From an uncultured Spirochaetota bacterium (GTDB lineage: Bacteria > Spirochaetota > UBA4802 > UBA5550): 64,000 nt of DNA. The position numbers and the translations under genes are program-made. The notes under the pieces were generated by a model. It was not told where the DNA came from, made no database searches, and was given only the letters and a program-made list of their open reading frames with translations. The stretch is taken from contig CAWHAA010000005.1 of NCBI GenBank assembly GCA_963827275.1, positions 160,001 to 224,000 on the forward strand, given 5' to 3'. Position 1 is the first letter of the stretch; every line of letters begins with the position of its first letter. Positions 1 through 9,745 of this stretch are shown one piece after another.

Positions 1-1586
1 GCGGCCGAGCCGTTTACGCGGATATCGGCCTGCATGTTGAAATCGGCCGCATTCGTAAACTCGTCGTCCTTTGCCACGAGCGTATAGATCCTGACCCTGA
101 GCGCCGGGGATATCATGTTCCAGTAGATAGTACCGTATCCCTCCGTATTGCTCTGCGCCGTTTTATCAATATTCATCCTGCCCCAGAAAGAAATAGTGCC
201 TTTCCGGATATTCACCGGATATGTGCTGCCGAACGGATAGATGGTCCTCTGGCCCGATGTCGAGGCGATACTGGTGTTATTGGCGCCTTTTGCATACCAG
301 TATTCGCGCAGGCAATGGCCGAACGAGGGCTTCCCGTCATTTGCGGGATTGTCTTCTTCGTGAATGCTCTCCCCGCTCCCTTCGGAATACGTGGAGACAC
401 TGCCCTCGAGCAGCGGATCGAACTCCGAAATATCCGCGTAGCCGGTGATGTTCGTTTCATTCTCCATCCTGGACCAGTACGAGGGCCGCGGGAGCACGAA
501 CCGGCCGAGCGAGGGGTCGATATAGCAGCGGTCGGAAGGCGGCGAATACACGACCGCCAGGTTCTTCGCATAGGGGATGAGCCCGAGCCCGTTCCAGGAG
601 GGGCCGGCAATGACATTGACGCCGCTTTCAACGATCCGCACGTACTTGCCGCTGCTGAAGGCGCCCGAAGCGCCCGGGTCAAACAGGCCGTATATCGACT
701 GCCCGTCCACCGCGTAATTGCCGAGCGCGGTGCCCTCGTCCGACCTGAGGGTCCTGCCGATGTTCGGTCCGTAGTTCCCGAACGTGCCGAACCCATGCTT
801 CAGGTTGGAGGGCTGCTCGAGCATCACTGGCACTGCGCCCGTCCTGAAATTCCAGGAGTAGTCGCCCGGCATCACGTTCCCGCCAAGATCACGGATGCCA
901 GACACCGTGATCGTGTACAGCGTGTTCTTTTCGAGGTCCGCGTCAGGCCTGAAGATTATCGTGTCCGGGCAATGCGGGTCCTGGACGGCAGTCCCCGCCA
1001 CCCTCCCGGCAGAGCTCCGGAGGACAACATCATCGTCGCCGATGACATACCCGTCGATGACTTCGCTGAAGCGGGCCGTTATCTCCACATTCTCCGTGCC
1101 GTAGCTCTCACCGATCGCTGGCCGGGTTGACAGCACATAGGGCGGCGCACTGTCAAGGTCCGCCCCGGTGGCGAAACTCCATGAATATCCTTCCGGCAAC
1201 GCCTGGCCCTCGTAATCAAGGAGCCTGGCGACCTGGGTGACGGTATAGGTGCGGTTGGCCGCCAGGTGATACTCGGGCCTTATGATGAGAAGCTTGTCGT
1301 CATAAGGGAGCATCTCGCTGTCCACCAGCACGCCGTCGTCCCTTACTATGGTGAATTCATTCCCGGCCAGGAGCGTGGAATCGATGTCCTTGTTGAAGGA
1401 AACAAGCACCGATTTGTTGAGCTCGACATTCACGCTGTTATTCGCGGGATAGATATACTCGATCTGGGGCATGAGCGGAAGGCTCAGGGGATAGTCCTGC
1501 TGGATGTCGTGAAAAATGTTGGCGCACGACACGACGCCGCACAGCAGCGTGATGTGCGATAAAAACATGAATTTCTTCAGTGCCAT
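1..1586 (-). CDS. Lipoprotein with two bacterial Ig-like (Big_5/SbsA-type) domains; runs off the window start (partial)
   Basis: Not in the ORF track. Manual translation from ATG 1586 gives MALKKFMFLSHITLLCGVVSC (lipobox), then two repeats of P..V...F...I....Y.VT....D..G.....YSW.F.TG; the frame stays open to position 1. Confidence 0.8.
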   Translation of the reverse strand, partial: MALKKFMFLSHITLLCGVVSCANIFHDIQQDYPLSLPLMPQIEYIYPANNSVNVELNKSVLVSFNKDIDSTLLAGNEFTIVRDDGVLVDSEMLPYDDKLLIIRPEYHLAANRTYTVTQVARLLDYEGQALPEGYSWSFATGADLDSAPPYVLSTRPAIGESYGTENVEITARFSEVIDGYVIGDDDVVLRSSAGRVAGTAVQDPHCPDTIIFRPDADLEKNTLYTITVSGIRDLGGNVMPGDYSWNFRTGAVPVMLEQPSNLKHGFGTFGNYGPNIGRTLRSDEGTALGNYAVDGQSIYGLFDPGASGAFSSGKYVRIVESGVNVIAGPSWNGLGLIPYAKNLAVVYSPPSDRCYIDPSLGRFVLPRPSYWSRMENETNITGYADISEFDPLLEGSVSTYSEGSGESIHEEDNPANDGKPSFGHCLREYWYAKGANNTSIASTSGQRTIYPFGSTYPVNIRKGTISFWGRMNIDKTAQSNTEGYGTIYWNMISPALRVRIYTLVAKDDEFTNAADFNMQADIRVNGSA

Positions 1587-1955
1587 GGAACCCCCTGCGC
1601 ATGTCCCGTCCCTCCGGGCCCTTTTCAGGCATGGGACGGCGGACAGCGGCCTTCAAATCCATACAACGCGTTATATTATGAGAAACAGGAAATAAAAATA
1701 TATCCAGAAACCGGGACCCCGGTCAATAATTAAATTTTCTTTAATGTAGTCAAGATTTTTTATAATGTCAACCCCGGACCATGAGCACGATAGCTGATAA
1801 TTATGTGTCAGATGCGGCCTGTTGCGGCCAAAAAATACCGGCCGGTGCGATAAATTTCGCGTACCGGCGCGTCCGGCATGATGTTCTAAACCGGCCCGGG
1901 CCGCCGGCCAGGTGCCGTTCAGGAGGATAGCCTCATAAAATATCGAAAGCAGTTC

Positions 1956-1984
1956 TTGACATTTCAAGGGGCCCCTGCTACACT
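1956..1984 (+). promoter_or_regulatory. Sigma70-type promoter for the AraC gene
   Basis: TTGACA-N17-TACACT with an extended -10 TG. Confidence 0.6.
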
Positions 1985-2129
1985 ACAGCTGTGCCGAATA
2001 CTACAGGGCAGGGGAAGCCCCGGCACGGGCGAAATCATCGCCGGCTGATGAACATCGGGAACGGAAGGGCCCCGTGGCCGCAGCACGTCACGGGACATGG
2101 ACCGCCAGGGGGAGGAAAACGCCGTCGAC

Positions 2130-3221
2130 ATGGATCTGCTGGGGATTGTCTCGTCAACGTTCATTCTCTTCAGTGCCGGCATGACGCTGCTCATGGGCGC
2201 GGAACAGCTGACGGGAAGGGCCGAGCGCGCGCGCTATCACACGATACTCTTCGTCCTTTCGGTCCCCGTTTCGATAATACTCGTGAACCATGTGCTCTTC
2301 GGCAACGGCATTACGCCCCGCCACCCCTGGAGCGCATTCCTCTATCTTACGTCGATATACACCATCGGCCCGCTGACGAACATGTATTACCACTTTCTCA
2401 TGTATCCCGGCAGGAGGATACGGCCGAAGAAGCTCCTGCGCTTCGTCCCCGCAGGCCTCATGCTTGTGACCGAGGTCGCGCTCCAGGCGGGATGGACGGC
2501 GGAGGAGAAGCGCCGGGTCCTTGATGAGCTGTTCAATGCCGGCGGGTTCAGCTTCCTGCTGCCGCTCGTTTTTGTCGGCGGCACGATCTTTGTGACCTAC
2601 CAGGTCATGGTCGTCATCGAGGCGCTCCAGCTGTGGAATGACAGCAGGATCAAGCACGGCGTGCGCCTGATCATACTGCTCGAGCTGATGAACATCGCCC
2701 TGCCGGTGCCGATCATCCTCTGGATGTTCATCCGCAGCCACTATCTTTTCCTGGTATCAGGCCTTGTAACCGCCTTCGTGATGACCACGGTGTTCCTCAC
2801 CAACAACCGCTTCCCGCGGATATTCAACCTCATGAGCAGGGAACTGGGCCGCAGGAAATATGAGCGGTCGTTCCTGAAGGGAATTGATACCGAGAGCATC
2901 CGCGAACGGCTCCTCAGTCTCATGGAGGAGGAAAAGGCGTACCGTGACAGCGATCTGACCCTCCAGTCGCTCGCGTCCACCATGAAACTCTCCCCCCACC
3001 AGCTGTCCCAGTTCCTGAATGAAAAGATGCGGACCGGCTTCACGCGTTTCATAAACAAATACCGGGTGGCGGAAGCGAAAAGCCTGCTCGCGCAAAACAG
3101 GGACCACACGGTGCTCAATATATGCTACTTCGTCGGGTTCAGGTCAAAATCTTCATTTAATACGATCTTCAAGAGCTTTACGGGCCAGACGCCCACCGAC
3201 TACCGGAAAAGCCTCGATTAA
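2130..3221 (+). CDS. Membrane-embedded AraC-family transcriptional regulator
   Basis: Several hydrophobic N-terminal helices plus C-terminal AraC HTH (LTLQSLA..SPHQLSQFLN..GFRSKSSFNTIFK..TGQTPTDYRK); GGAGG RBS before ATG 2130. Confidence 0.9.
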   Translation: MDLLGIVSSTFILFSAGMTLLMGAEQLTGRAERARYHTILFVLSVPVSIILVNHVLFGNGITPRHPWSAFLYLTSIYTIGPLTNMYYHFLMYPGRRIRPKKLLRFVPAGLMLVTEVALQAGWTAEEKRRVLDELFNAGGFSFLLPLVFVGGTIFVTYQVMVVIEALQLWNDSRIKHGVRLIILLELMNIALPVPIILWMFIRSHYLFLVSGLVTAFVMTTVFLTNNRFPRIFNLMSRELGRRKYERSFLKGIDTESIRERLLSLMEEEKAYRDSDLTLQSLASTMKLSPHQLSQFLNEKMRTGFTRFINKYRVAEAKSLLAQNRDHTVLNICYFVGFRSKSSFNTIFKSFTGQTPTDYRKSLD

Positions 3222-3343
3222 TGCCGCCAAATAATACCGTCCGGAGAGATTTTTTTCGTTCAAGCTTATAACACTGGGCGACAAAACGGGCAAGAGGGGA
3301 TACCCTCATGGTAATACATGCTACCACGAGGAGGATGTGCAAG

Positions 3344-4948
3344 ATGAAATCCCGGTTAATTCTTATATCGCTTTTTACGGCAGTGCTGCTCGTTCCCGGG
3401 CTCTCCTTTCTTTCCGCAAGCCAGCTCAACCAGGAAGACGGCATCATGCCCAATCAGAGCGCTGAATACGTGCGCACCCAGAGCCGCAACGCATCAACGG
3501 ACGCGGACGCCGCTTTCTATAACCCGGCGGGCACCGCGTTCATGAAAAAGAACGGGCTGTATATCATGTTCAGCTCGCAGACCCTGTACGCGAAGAAGGA
3601 CAGCTCGTTCCTGCTGTGGGGACTCCATCGGCAGGGCCAGCCGTGGCAGCTGACCACCGAGCTCGGCAACCCGTTTTTTTACACGGGCAACAACAGGTAC
3701 CTGGTCCCGAAACGATACCCGGCGGAGATCATAGCCCCGGTGCTTCCTGATTTTGACATCCTGTACAAGGGAAAAAACTGGGCGGCGTTCCTCTCCGTCG
3801 CGGTGACGCAGGCGGCGCCCGGCCTGACCTTTAACAACGGGACGCCCGACCTGGACAGGGCCTTGTTGACATTGAACGAGGCCTACGCGACCACCCTGGG
3901 CCGTACGCTGGACCGGGTCGTCAGAAAATCGTACGCCAAGCGGACCGAGCAGTACCTGAGCGGTACCGTCGGCGGCTCCTACGCGTTTCTCAACTGGCTC
4001 TCCGCCGCGCTCTCCTTCCGCTACATACACATGACCGGCAACCAGAAGGTCTCGCAGGTGCCCATCGACATCGCCTACAGCGGCGCGGCGCTTCCGAATA
4101 TCAAGTATCCCATGCTGATTGACACCGATGTGTTCGGGCACGGATACGGGCTGATAGCCGGCCTTGACTTCAAGCCGATCGAGAGCCTTAACATCGGCAT
4201 TAAAGCCGAGTACTATCTCCCCATGATCATGAAGAAGAGGACCAACAAATTCATCGCCCATCCTACGATCGTCCAGACGGGCCAGCTCAACCTTTTTGCC
4301 GACAGCATCTGGCCCCTGGTCATCAACGACCTTCTTGCCGACGGCTTGACGACGCTGGGAGGCGTCCTTAATTTCGCCGACATGGACCCCCGGTCATGGA
4401 AGAACATAGGGGACACGATCAAGGTCACCTACCCGCCGTCACTCTCCATCGGGGTGTCCTACAACATCCTGAAAGAGCTCAGGATCGAGACCTCGGTGGA
4501 CCTCACCTTCCCCGGCGCGCGCGATCTTGACGGACGGGAGAACAACTTCAAGCCGGTCGGCTACCGCCTCGGCCAGGCCGTCGAATGGACCATCATACCC
4601 ATGGTGATCGTCAGCGCGGGCTATTCCTACTACGATCCGGGCGTCAAGCCTGAAAAGAGGAACGAGAACGACCAGCTGCTCACCAGCCACACCGTCGGCG
4701 GCGGCTGCACCATCAAGGCCACGGACTGGATCGACATCACGGCGGGAGCATTCTATATGTTCTACACGCCTGAATCCATCCGCGAAATTGACTATGCGCA
4801 TACAACACTCGACATAGGTTTCCCGATTACGACCACGAACGGCACGGCATTTGACAAAAAATTCCGGGAATCGCGGTGGAGCGTGGCCCTGGGCGTTACC
4901 ATGAGGTTCCTGGGAGACAACGCGCCGGGCGGGCCAAAAGCGGAATAA
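3344..4948 (+). CDS. Outer-membrane FadL/OmpP1-family transport protein
   Basis: Signal peptide, NQSAEYVRT.SRNAST.ADAAFYNPAG motif, alternating beta-strand pattern. Confidence 0.8.
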   Translation: MKSRLILISLFTAVLLVPGLSFLSASQLNQEDGIMPNQSAEYVRTQSRNASTDADAAFYNPAGTAFMKKNGLYIMFSSQTLYAKKDSSFLLWGLHRQGQPWQLTTELGNPFFYTGNNRYLVPKRYPAEIIAPVLPDFDILYKGKNWAAFLSVAVTQAAPGLTFNNGTPDLDRALLTLNEAYATTLGRTLDRVVRKSYAKRTEQYLSGTVGGSYAFLNWLSAALSFRYIHMTGNQKVSQVPIDIAYSGAALPNIKYPMLIDTDVFGHGYGLIAGLDFKPIESLNIGIKAEYYLPMIMKKRTNKFIAHPTIVQTGQLNLFADSIWPLVINDLLADGLTTLGGVLNFADMDPRSWKNIGDTIKVTYPPSLSIGVSYNILKELRIETSVDLTFPGARDLDGRENNFKPVGYRLGQAVEWTIIPMVIVSAGYSYYDPGVKPEKRNENDQLLTSHTVGGGCTIKATDWIDITAGAFYMFYTPESIREIDYAHTTLDIGFPITTTNGTAFDKKFRESRWSVALGVTMRFLGDNAPGGPKAE

Positions 4949-4977
4949 CACGCCTCTATCAGTGTCTTATCAGCAGC

Positions 4978-5028
4978 GCCTCCGGACCGCCCCCTGCCCT
5001 CTCCCGGCGGGTCCGGAGGCTTTTCTTT
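4978..5028 (+). terminator. Intrinsic terminator
   Basis: GCCTCCGGACC/GGTCCGGAGGC stem followed by TTTTCTTT. Confidence 0.75.
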
Positions 5029-5143
5029 ATGCCAGGCATGCCTGCCGCAGCGCAACGCGGGCCCATGAGCGGCCGCCCCGTCCCTGATTTTTTATTCATT
5101 GACAAATCACGCCCGTTTACGGTACTTTAATTGCGAGGTAACC

Positions 5144-5887
5144 ATGAGAATAATCGCCATTTCCAATAACAAGGGCGGCGTGGGCAAAACCACGAGCACC
5201 GTGAACATAGCCGCGGCGCTCCAGGTGAAGGGGAAAAAGGTCTGCATCATCGATCTGGACCACCAGTCCCAGGCCACCTATCACCTGGGCTACAACCCGA
5301 AGCAGATAAAAAAATCGATATTCCACGTGCTCAAGGGCGAGCTGCCGTACCAGGATATACTGATAGACCGGAACGACCTGCACATCCTCCCGGCGAACCA
5401 GGACCTGAAAGACATAGAGTTCCTGCCGATCCCGGCGAAGGAATTCCTCCTCAGGGACGCGCTGGAAGACATGAACGGCTACGACTTTGTCGTCATCGAC
5501 TGCCCGCCGTCGCTCGGCATCCTCACGCTGAACGCCATGGCGTATTCGAACGAGATCCTGGTGCCGCTGCAGGTGCAGTTCCTCCCCTTCCACGGCATGT
5601 ACAACCTCTTCGAGGCGGTGCAGCTGGTGAAGCGCCGCCTCAACAAGAACATCGACGTGACGGGAATCATCGGCACCATGTACAACGCCAAGCGCGCCAT
5701 CAACCGGGAGGTCATCGACGAGACCGAAAACCGCCTCCCGGGCAAGCTGTTCGAGACGCTGATCAGGGAAAATGTCGCGCTCCAGGAGGCGCCCAGCTGG
5801 GGGAAAACGATCTTTGAATACAAGCCCAACAGCACCGGCGCGATCGATTACATGAAGCTGACGGAAGAGATTCTCGAGAGGGACTGA
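5144..5887 (+). CDS. parA: ParA/Soj-family ATPase
   Basis: NNKGGVGKTT deviant Walker A, IDCPPSLG, IRENVALQEAPS; TTGACA-N18-TACTTT at 5099-5128. Confidence 0.92.
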   Translation: MRIIAISNNKGGVGKTTSTVNIAAALQVKGKKVCIIDLDHQSQATYHLGYNPKQIKKSIFHVLKGELPYQDILIDRNDLHILPANQDLKDIEFLPIPAKEFLLRDALEDMNGYDFVVIDCPPSLGILTLNAMAYSNEILVPLQVQFLPFHGMYNLFEAVQLVKRRLNKNIDVTGIIGTMYNAKRAINREVIDETENRLPGKLFETLIRENVALQEAPSWGKTIFEYKPNSTGAIDYMKLTEEILERD

Positions 5888-5941
5888 CCCGGGCAGATCA
5901 CCGGCAGTCTCCGGACCGGCACCGGCCGGCAGGGAGCGCCC

Positions 5942-6487
5942 ATGAGGCAGCACATATGCAGCGCCCGATTTGCTTTCACGCTACATGGCCCCATCAGGAA
6001 GCATTTCCAGGACCCGGAAAAAATATTAAGCGCGTTTATCGGACCTGGCGCCACGGTCATTGACATCGGGTGCGGGCCCGGCTATTTCACCATCCCCATA
6101 GCGCTCCTGACCGGCGCGGCGGGAACGGTTTACGCGGTTGACATACAGGAAGCGATGCTCCGGAAAGTGGAAGCGCGAGCCGTGGAAGCGGGCGTGCGCA
6201 CCAGGATCCGCCCCGTCCTGTGCGCGCCGGACCGCATCTCGGTCAGCGAGGCGGTGGATTTTGTCCTCACCTTCTGGATGGTGCACGAGGTGCCTGACCG
6301 GCCGGCCCTGTTCAGGCAGATACGCGCGGTCATGAAGCCGGGCTCGCGCTACCTGCTGGTCGAGCCGAAAATCCATGTAATGAAGAAACGATACGGCATG
6401 ATCATCGATGAGGCTGTTGCTGCTGGATTAAAGCCGGTACAGGAAGTGCAGGTCCCGTTGAGCAGGGCGATGTTGTTTTCCCGGTGA
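5942..6487 (+). CDS. Class I SAM-dependent methyltransferase
   Basis: VIDIGCGPG motif I, VYAVDIQ, FWMVHEV. Confidence 0.88.
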   Translation: MRQHICSARFAFTLHGPIRKHFQDPEKILSAFIGPGATVIDIGCGPGYFTIPIALLTGAAGTVYAVDIQEAMLRKVEARAVEAGVRTRIRPVLCAPDRISVSEAVDFVLTFWMVHEVPDRPALFRQIRAVMKPGSRYLLVEPKIHVMKKRYGMIIDEAVAAGLKPVQEVQVPLSRAMLFSR

Positions 6488-6517
6488 ACCGAGGCGGCAC
6501 GGCGGGCGCGGCGCCGT

Positions 6518-7831
6518 TCAGAAATTAGCCACCACGTACTTTCGGATCTTCAGCCTGATGCGCCCCATCTTTTCCTTTACCCTTCCAAGAAATGCCTGGT
6601 ACGCGCGTGACGATCCCCTGGTCATTTCGTTATAGCGGGCCCTCATTTTTTCGTCAAACCCGCCGGTGCCCGTTACCACCCCGGCATTCAGAATGAGCGG
6701 GGCACCATTCAGCCCGGACGCGACGGGCGGCCCGGTCCACTGTGTGCGGAGCGGATCGAATACGTCGCGCTCCCGTCCCGGGCCCGGTTCAATCATGCTG
6801 GCGTCATGCGGTGAAAGCAGCGGTTCCCCGCCGTTGGCCGGCGCCCCGTCAGAGGCGATGCGCGGCGTTGTTACGATTTTTTTTTTGATGGCGCGGGCCC
6901 TGTCCCGCGTCACAACGGAGAAGATCCCCTCTTCCATGTCAGGGTAGGGGTCCGCGGCGGCATCATGGCGGAACGCGTGCGCCGTGCGCACGGCGGGCGC
7001 GGGCCTCGCGGGTGTCGTCTCCCGGACGTCTGCGGCGGCGACGCGGTACGATACTTTCGGCCGGGCGTTTTTCATCACCCGGTCAAAGCAGTAATTCCAG
7101 CTTGTCCTGGTGACCATGTAGCGGGGGAGCTCGTACCGTCTGTCATTCCCGGCCGCGAGCGGAATATCGATCCTCCCCCGGTCGATGGTGAAGGCATACC
7201 GGAACCCCGCCTCCCTGAGGGTCCTGATGGTCAGGTCATCGCGAAGGCCGAAAGGATACACGTATACCGCCACCTTCCGCCCCAGGTGCTCCTCGAGCAC
7301 TTTCTTTGAGAGGAAGATCTCTTTCTTGAACGATCTCGGGTCTGTGTCATACAGCGCGCGGTTCACTTTCAGGTGGAAATACCCATGCGCGGCGATATCG
7401 CACCCCGCGTCCGCAAGCTCCCGCAGCTGTTCCCATGTGAGGGCGTATTTTTTCTTGTTTATAATGATGTTCGGGTATATACCGAGGAGCGGCCGTATGC
7501 CGTTGGGACGGAACACCTTCCGGTACGCTTCGTACACGCTCTTGTTCCCGTCATCAACGGAGATGAGGACGTTCTTGGTCCCGGTTATCCTCCCGCCGAC
7601 GATATCCCCGACGGAGACGAACCTGAACCCCTCTTTTTTCAGCTGCATGATGTGCGAATTCAGCTCATCGATCGTGAAGCAGAAGGGGTCCATCTTTTTC
7701 TTCTGGATGAAGGAATGGTAGCAGAGAACGCTCACCCCGGACTCGGCATGTGCGTCCCGCTGCGCCGCCGGGACGGCGGCAAGGATTGCGGTCGCGATCA
7801 GGACGCCGGCCGTCTTATGAATTATAGTCAT
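6518..7831 (-). CDS. Polysaccharide deacetylase (NodB-like) with long C-terminal extension
   Basis: Signal peptide, VLCYH, ISVDDG, AAHGYFH, YVYPFG, LPRY motifs; start uncertain (7831 or 7846). Confidence 0.85.
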   Translation of the reverse strand: MTIIHKTAGVLIATAILAAVPAAQRDAHAESGVSVLCYHSFIQKKKMDPFCFTIDELNSHIMQLKKEGFRFVSVGDIVGGRITGTKNVLISVDDGNKSVYEAYRKVFRPNGIRPLLGIYPNIIINKKKYALTWEQLRELADAGCDIAAHGYFHLKVNRALYDTDPRSFKKEIFLSKKVLEEHLGRKVAVYVYPFGLRDDLTIRTLREAGFRYAFTIDRGRIDIPLAAGNDRRYELPRYMVTRTSWNYCFDRVMKNARPKVSYRVAAADVRETTPARPAPAVRTAHAFRHDAAADPYPDMEEGIFSVVTRDRARAIKKKIVTTPRIASDGAPANGGEPLLSPHDASMIEPGPGRERDVFDPLRTQWTGPPVASGLNGAPLILNAGVVTGTGGFDEKMRARYNEMTRGSSRAYQAFLGRVKEKMGRIRLKIRKYVVANF

Positions 7832-8378
7832 TTTTCCACAGGTCATCGAATTCTTTTCGCCTCATCTCAAACTCCAAGCTGTCATCGATCTCTTTCTTCT
7901 TTTTGTCCGCCTCGTAGATATATGCCCTGTTCTTTTTCATCGTCTGCCTCTCGATAAGGCCGGAGTAATGGTTGAGGGGCGGCAGGAGGTACTTATTGAT
8001 AAAGGTGTAATTTTTCCAGTTCCCGTCCTCCCGGCACTTCTCCATCTTCAGGAGGGTCGTTTTTTTCAGCCGGTATATCTTTTCGTTGTAGGAGGCCAGC
8101 GCCTCGCCGTCAACGCCGTCAAGGGCGCGCGCGATCTCCCCTTCGCCCGCCTTGAATTCGGTAAAGCCCTGCGTGACCGGCACCACGTAATCGATGCCGA
8201 GTTCCGGGTCGTACCCGTAATCGAAATCTATGGATTTCACGGTCTTTTCAAGTATCTCTTTTTCCTGCTCGGTATACAGTACGCTTTTCGGCTCGTTGAA
8301 GCTGAAGATGCGGTAGTATGTGGCACACCGCGCCATGGACAGGCACATGAGCGCCAGAATCGCTGCCCTGATTTTCAT
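7815..8378 (-). CDS. Hypothetical exported protein/lipoprotein
   Basis: Signal peptide ending in Cys, RBS AGGAG, operon position. Confidence 0.65.
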   Translation of the reverse strand: MKIRAAILALMCLSMARCATYYRIFSFNEPKSVLYTEQEKEILEKTVKSIDFDYGYDPELGIDYVVPVTQGFTEFKAGEGEIARALDGVDGEALASYNEKIYRLKKTTLLKMEKCREDGNWKNYTFINKYLLPPLNHYSGLIERQTMKKNRAYIYEADKKKKEIDDSLEFEMRRKEFDDLWKNDYNS

Positions 8379-8429
8379 GCCGTTGACACGCTCCTTTCTG
8401 ACAGATGATCGTTCCCCGACGGCCCCTTC

Positions 8430-9473
8430 TCATGTGCCGTCGCGCAGGTATTCCCTCCGCACCATGTGGCCCTCGGGGATGTCGGTCCCGCTGATCTTCC
8501 CCGCCACGCTCTCCAGCTCTGATGGCGGGATCCCGGTGCCGGGCCTGAGCGCCACCAGGTCTTCCCTGCGGATGACCCGGCCGCGGGCGATGGCCCGCCG
8601 CGCGAAGAGGCTCCGGCGCGCCGCGCGGGCGGTGACCGCCTCGGCGCTCCCGTATGCGATGGAGCCGCCGCCGGTCATCGCGATCGCGGTTTCCACCGAT
8701 TCGATCATCGCGGCAAACTCACCGGGCGTGCAGGATATATCTTTATCGGGACATTCATGAAATCTGTCAATAGTAAAATGCTTTTCAAAAATCCGGGCGC
8801 CCAGCGCCGCCGCGAGCATCGGCGTAACAGCCTCCCGGGTATGATCGGAGAAGCCGGTCGCGAGCCCGAAGCGCCGTTCCAGGGCCGGTATCCTGGCCAG
8901 GTTTACCTGGTCAGCCCGTGTCGGGTAGAGCGACACGCAGTGCATCAGGACAAGCTCGCCGCCCCCCTCTTTCCGGAACAGCGTAACGGCCCCGTCGATC
9001 TCATCCTCGGTGGCCATGCCGGTCGAAAGGATGACGGGCCTGCCGGTCCGCGCCACCGCCCCGACGAGGGGATGGTTGGTGACTTCCGACGAGGCAAGCT
9101 TGTACAGCGGAACGCCGAGCCCCTCGAGCAGCTCCAGCGAATCCAGGTCGAACACCGAGGAGAAAAAGAGCGTTCCCGCCTCACGCGCGGCGTTCTGAAG
9201 AACGCGGTACTGCTCCCGGTCAAAGACAAACCTGCGAAAAAAATCCGCCGTGCTCCGGTCGGGCGTGCGCTCGGTCCCCCCGCCGAGCAGGTCCGCTGTG
9301 TACACGGAGTTCATCAGGTCGGGAACGAACGTCTGGAACTTCACCGCGTCAGCCCCGGACCGCGCCGCGAGGGATATCATCGCCAGCGCCGTATCCAGAT
9401 CGCCGTTGTGGTTCAGCCCTATCTCGGCGACATAGATCGCCTCTCTTCCGGATTGTATGATTGAATTCAGCAT
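8430..9473 (-). CDS. N-acetylneuraminate synthase family protein (NeuB/PseI/SpsE) with SAF domain
   Basis: AEIGLNHNGD, ADAVKFQT, LMHCVSLYP, GFSDHT, FEKHFT, RRSL..RPGTGI. Confidence 0.92.
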   Translation of the reverse strand: MLNSIIQSGREAIYVAEIGLNHNGDLDTALAMISLAARSGADAVKFQTFVPDLMNSVYTADLLGGGTERTPDRSTADFFRRFVFDREQYRVLQNAAREAGTLFFSSVFDLDSLELLEGLGVPLYKLASSEVTNHPLVGAVARTGRPVILSTGMATEDEIDGAVTLFRKEGGGELVLMHCVSLYPTRADQVNLARIPALERRFGLATGFSDHTREAVTPMLAAALGARIFEKHFTIDRFHECPDKDISCTPGEFAAMIESVETAIAMTGGGSIAYGSAEAVTARAARRSLFARRAIARGRVIRREDLVALRPGTGIPPSELESVAGKISGTDIPEGHMVRREYLRDGT

Positions 9474-9745
9474 AAAAAGTTACCCGCTTGCCGGTGAAAA
9501 TGAACATGGTGGCCGGGCACTCGCTGCCCGGCGTCTTGTATACTATTAATTATCGACGGCGCGGGATTCATTGCCAAGGAAAAAAGCCGGGATTAATTCA
9601 CCCGGGTGATCTGCAATCCCCGTTATGCATATTTTTATATAGCAAAGTCCGGTTATTATTATTAATTTTTAATTGACATTGTTTTTTGCGGGCCGCTAAC
9701 ATCAAAACCGGTCTTCGCAGTCCCGGCCATAAGGAATTCTTTTTT

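Noticed and set aside
5144..5887. Plasmid or prophage partition module
   Set aside because: No parB, rep, integrase or phage genes nearby; orphan chromosomal ParA is common
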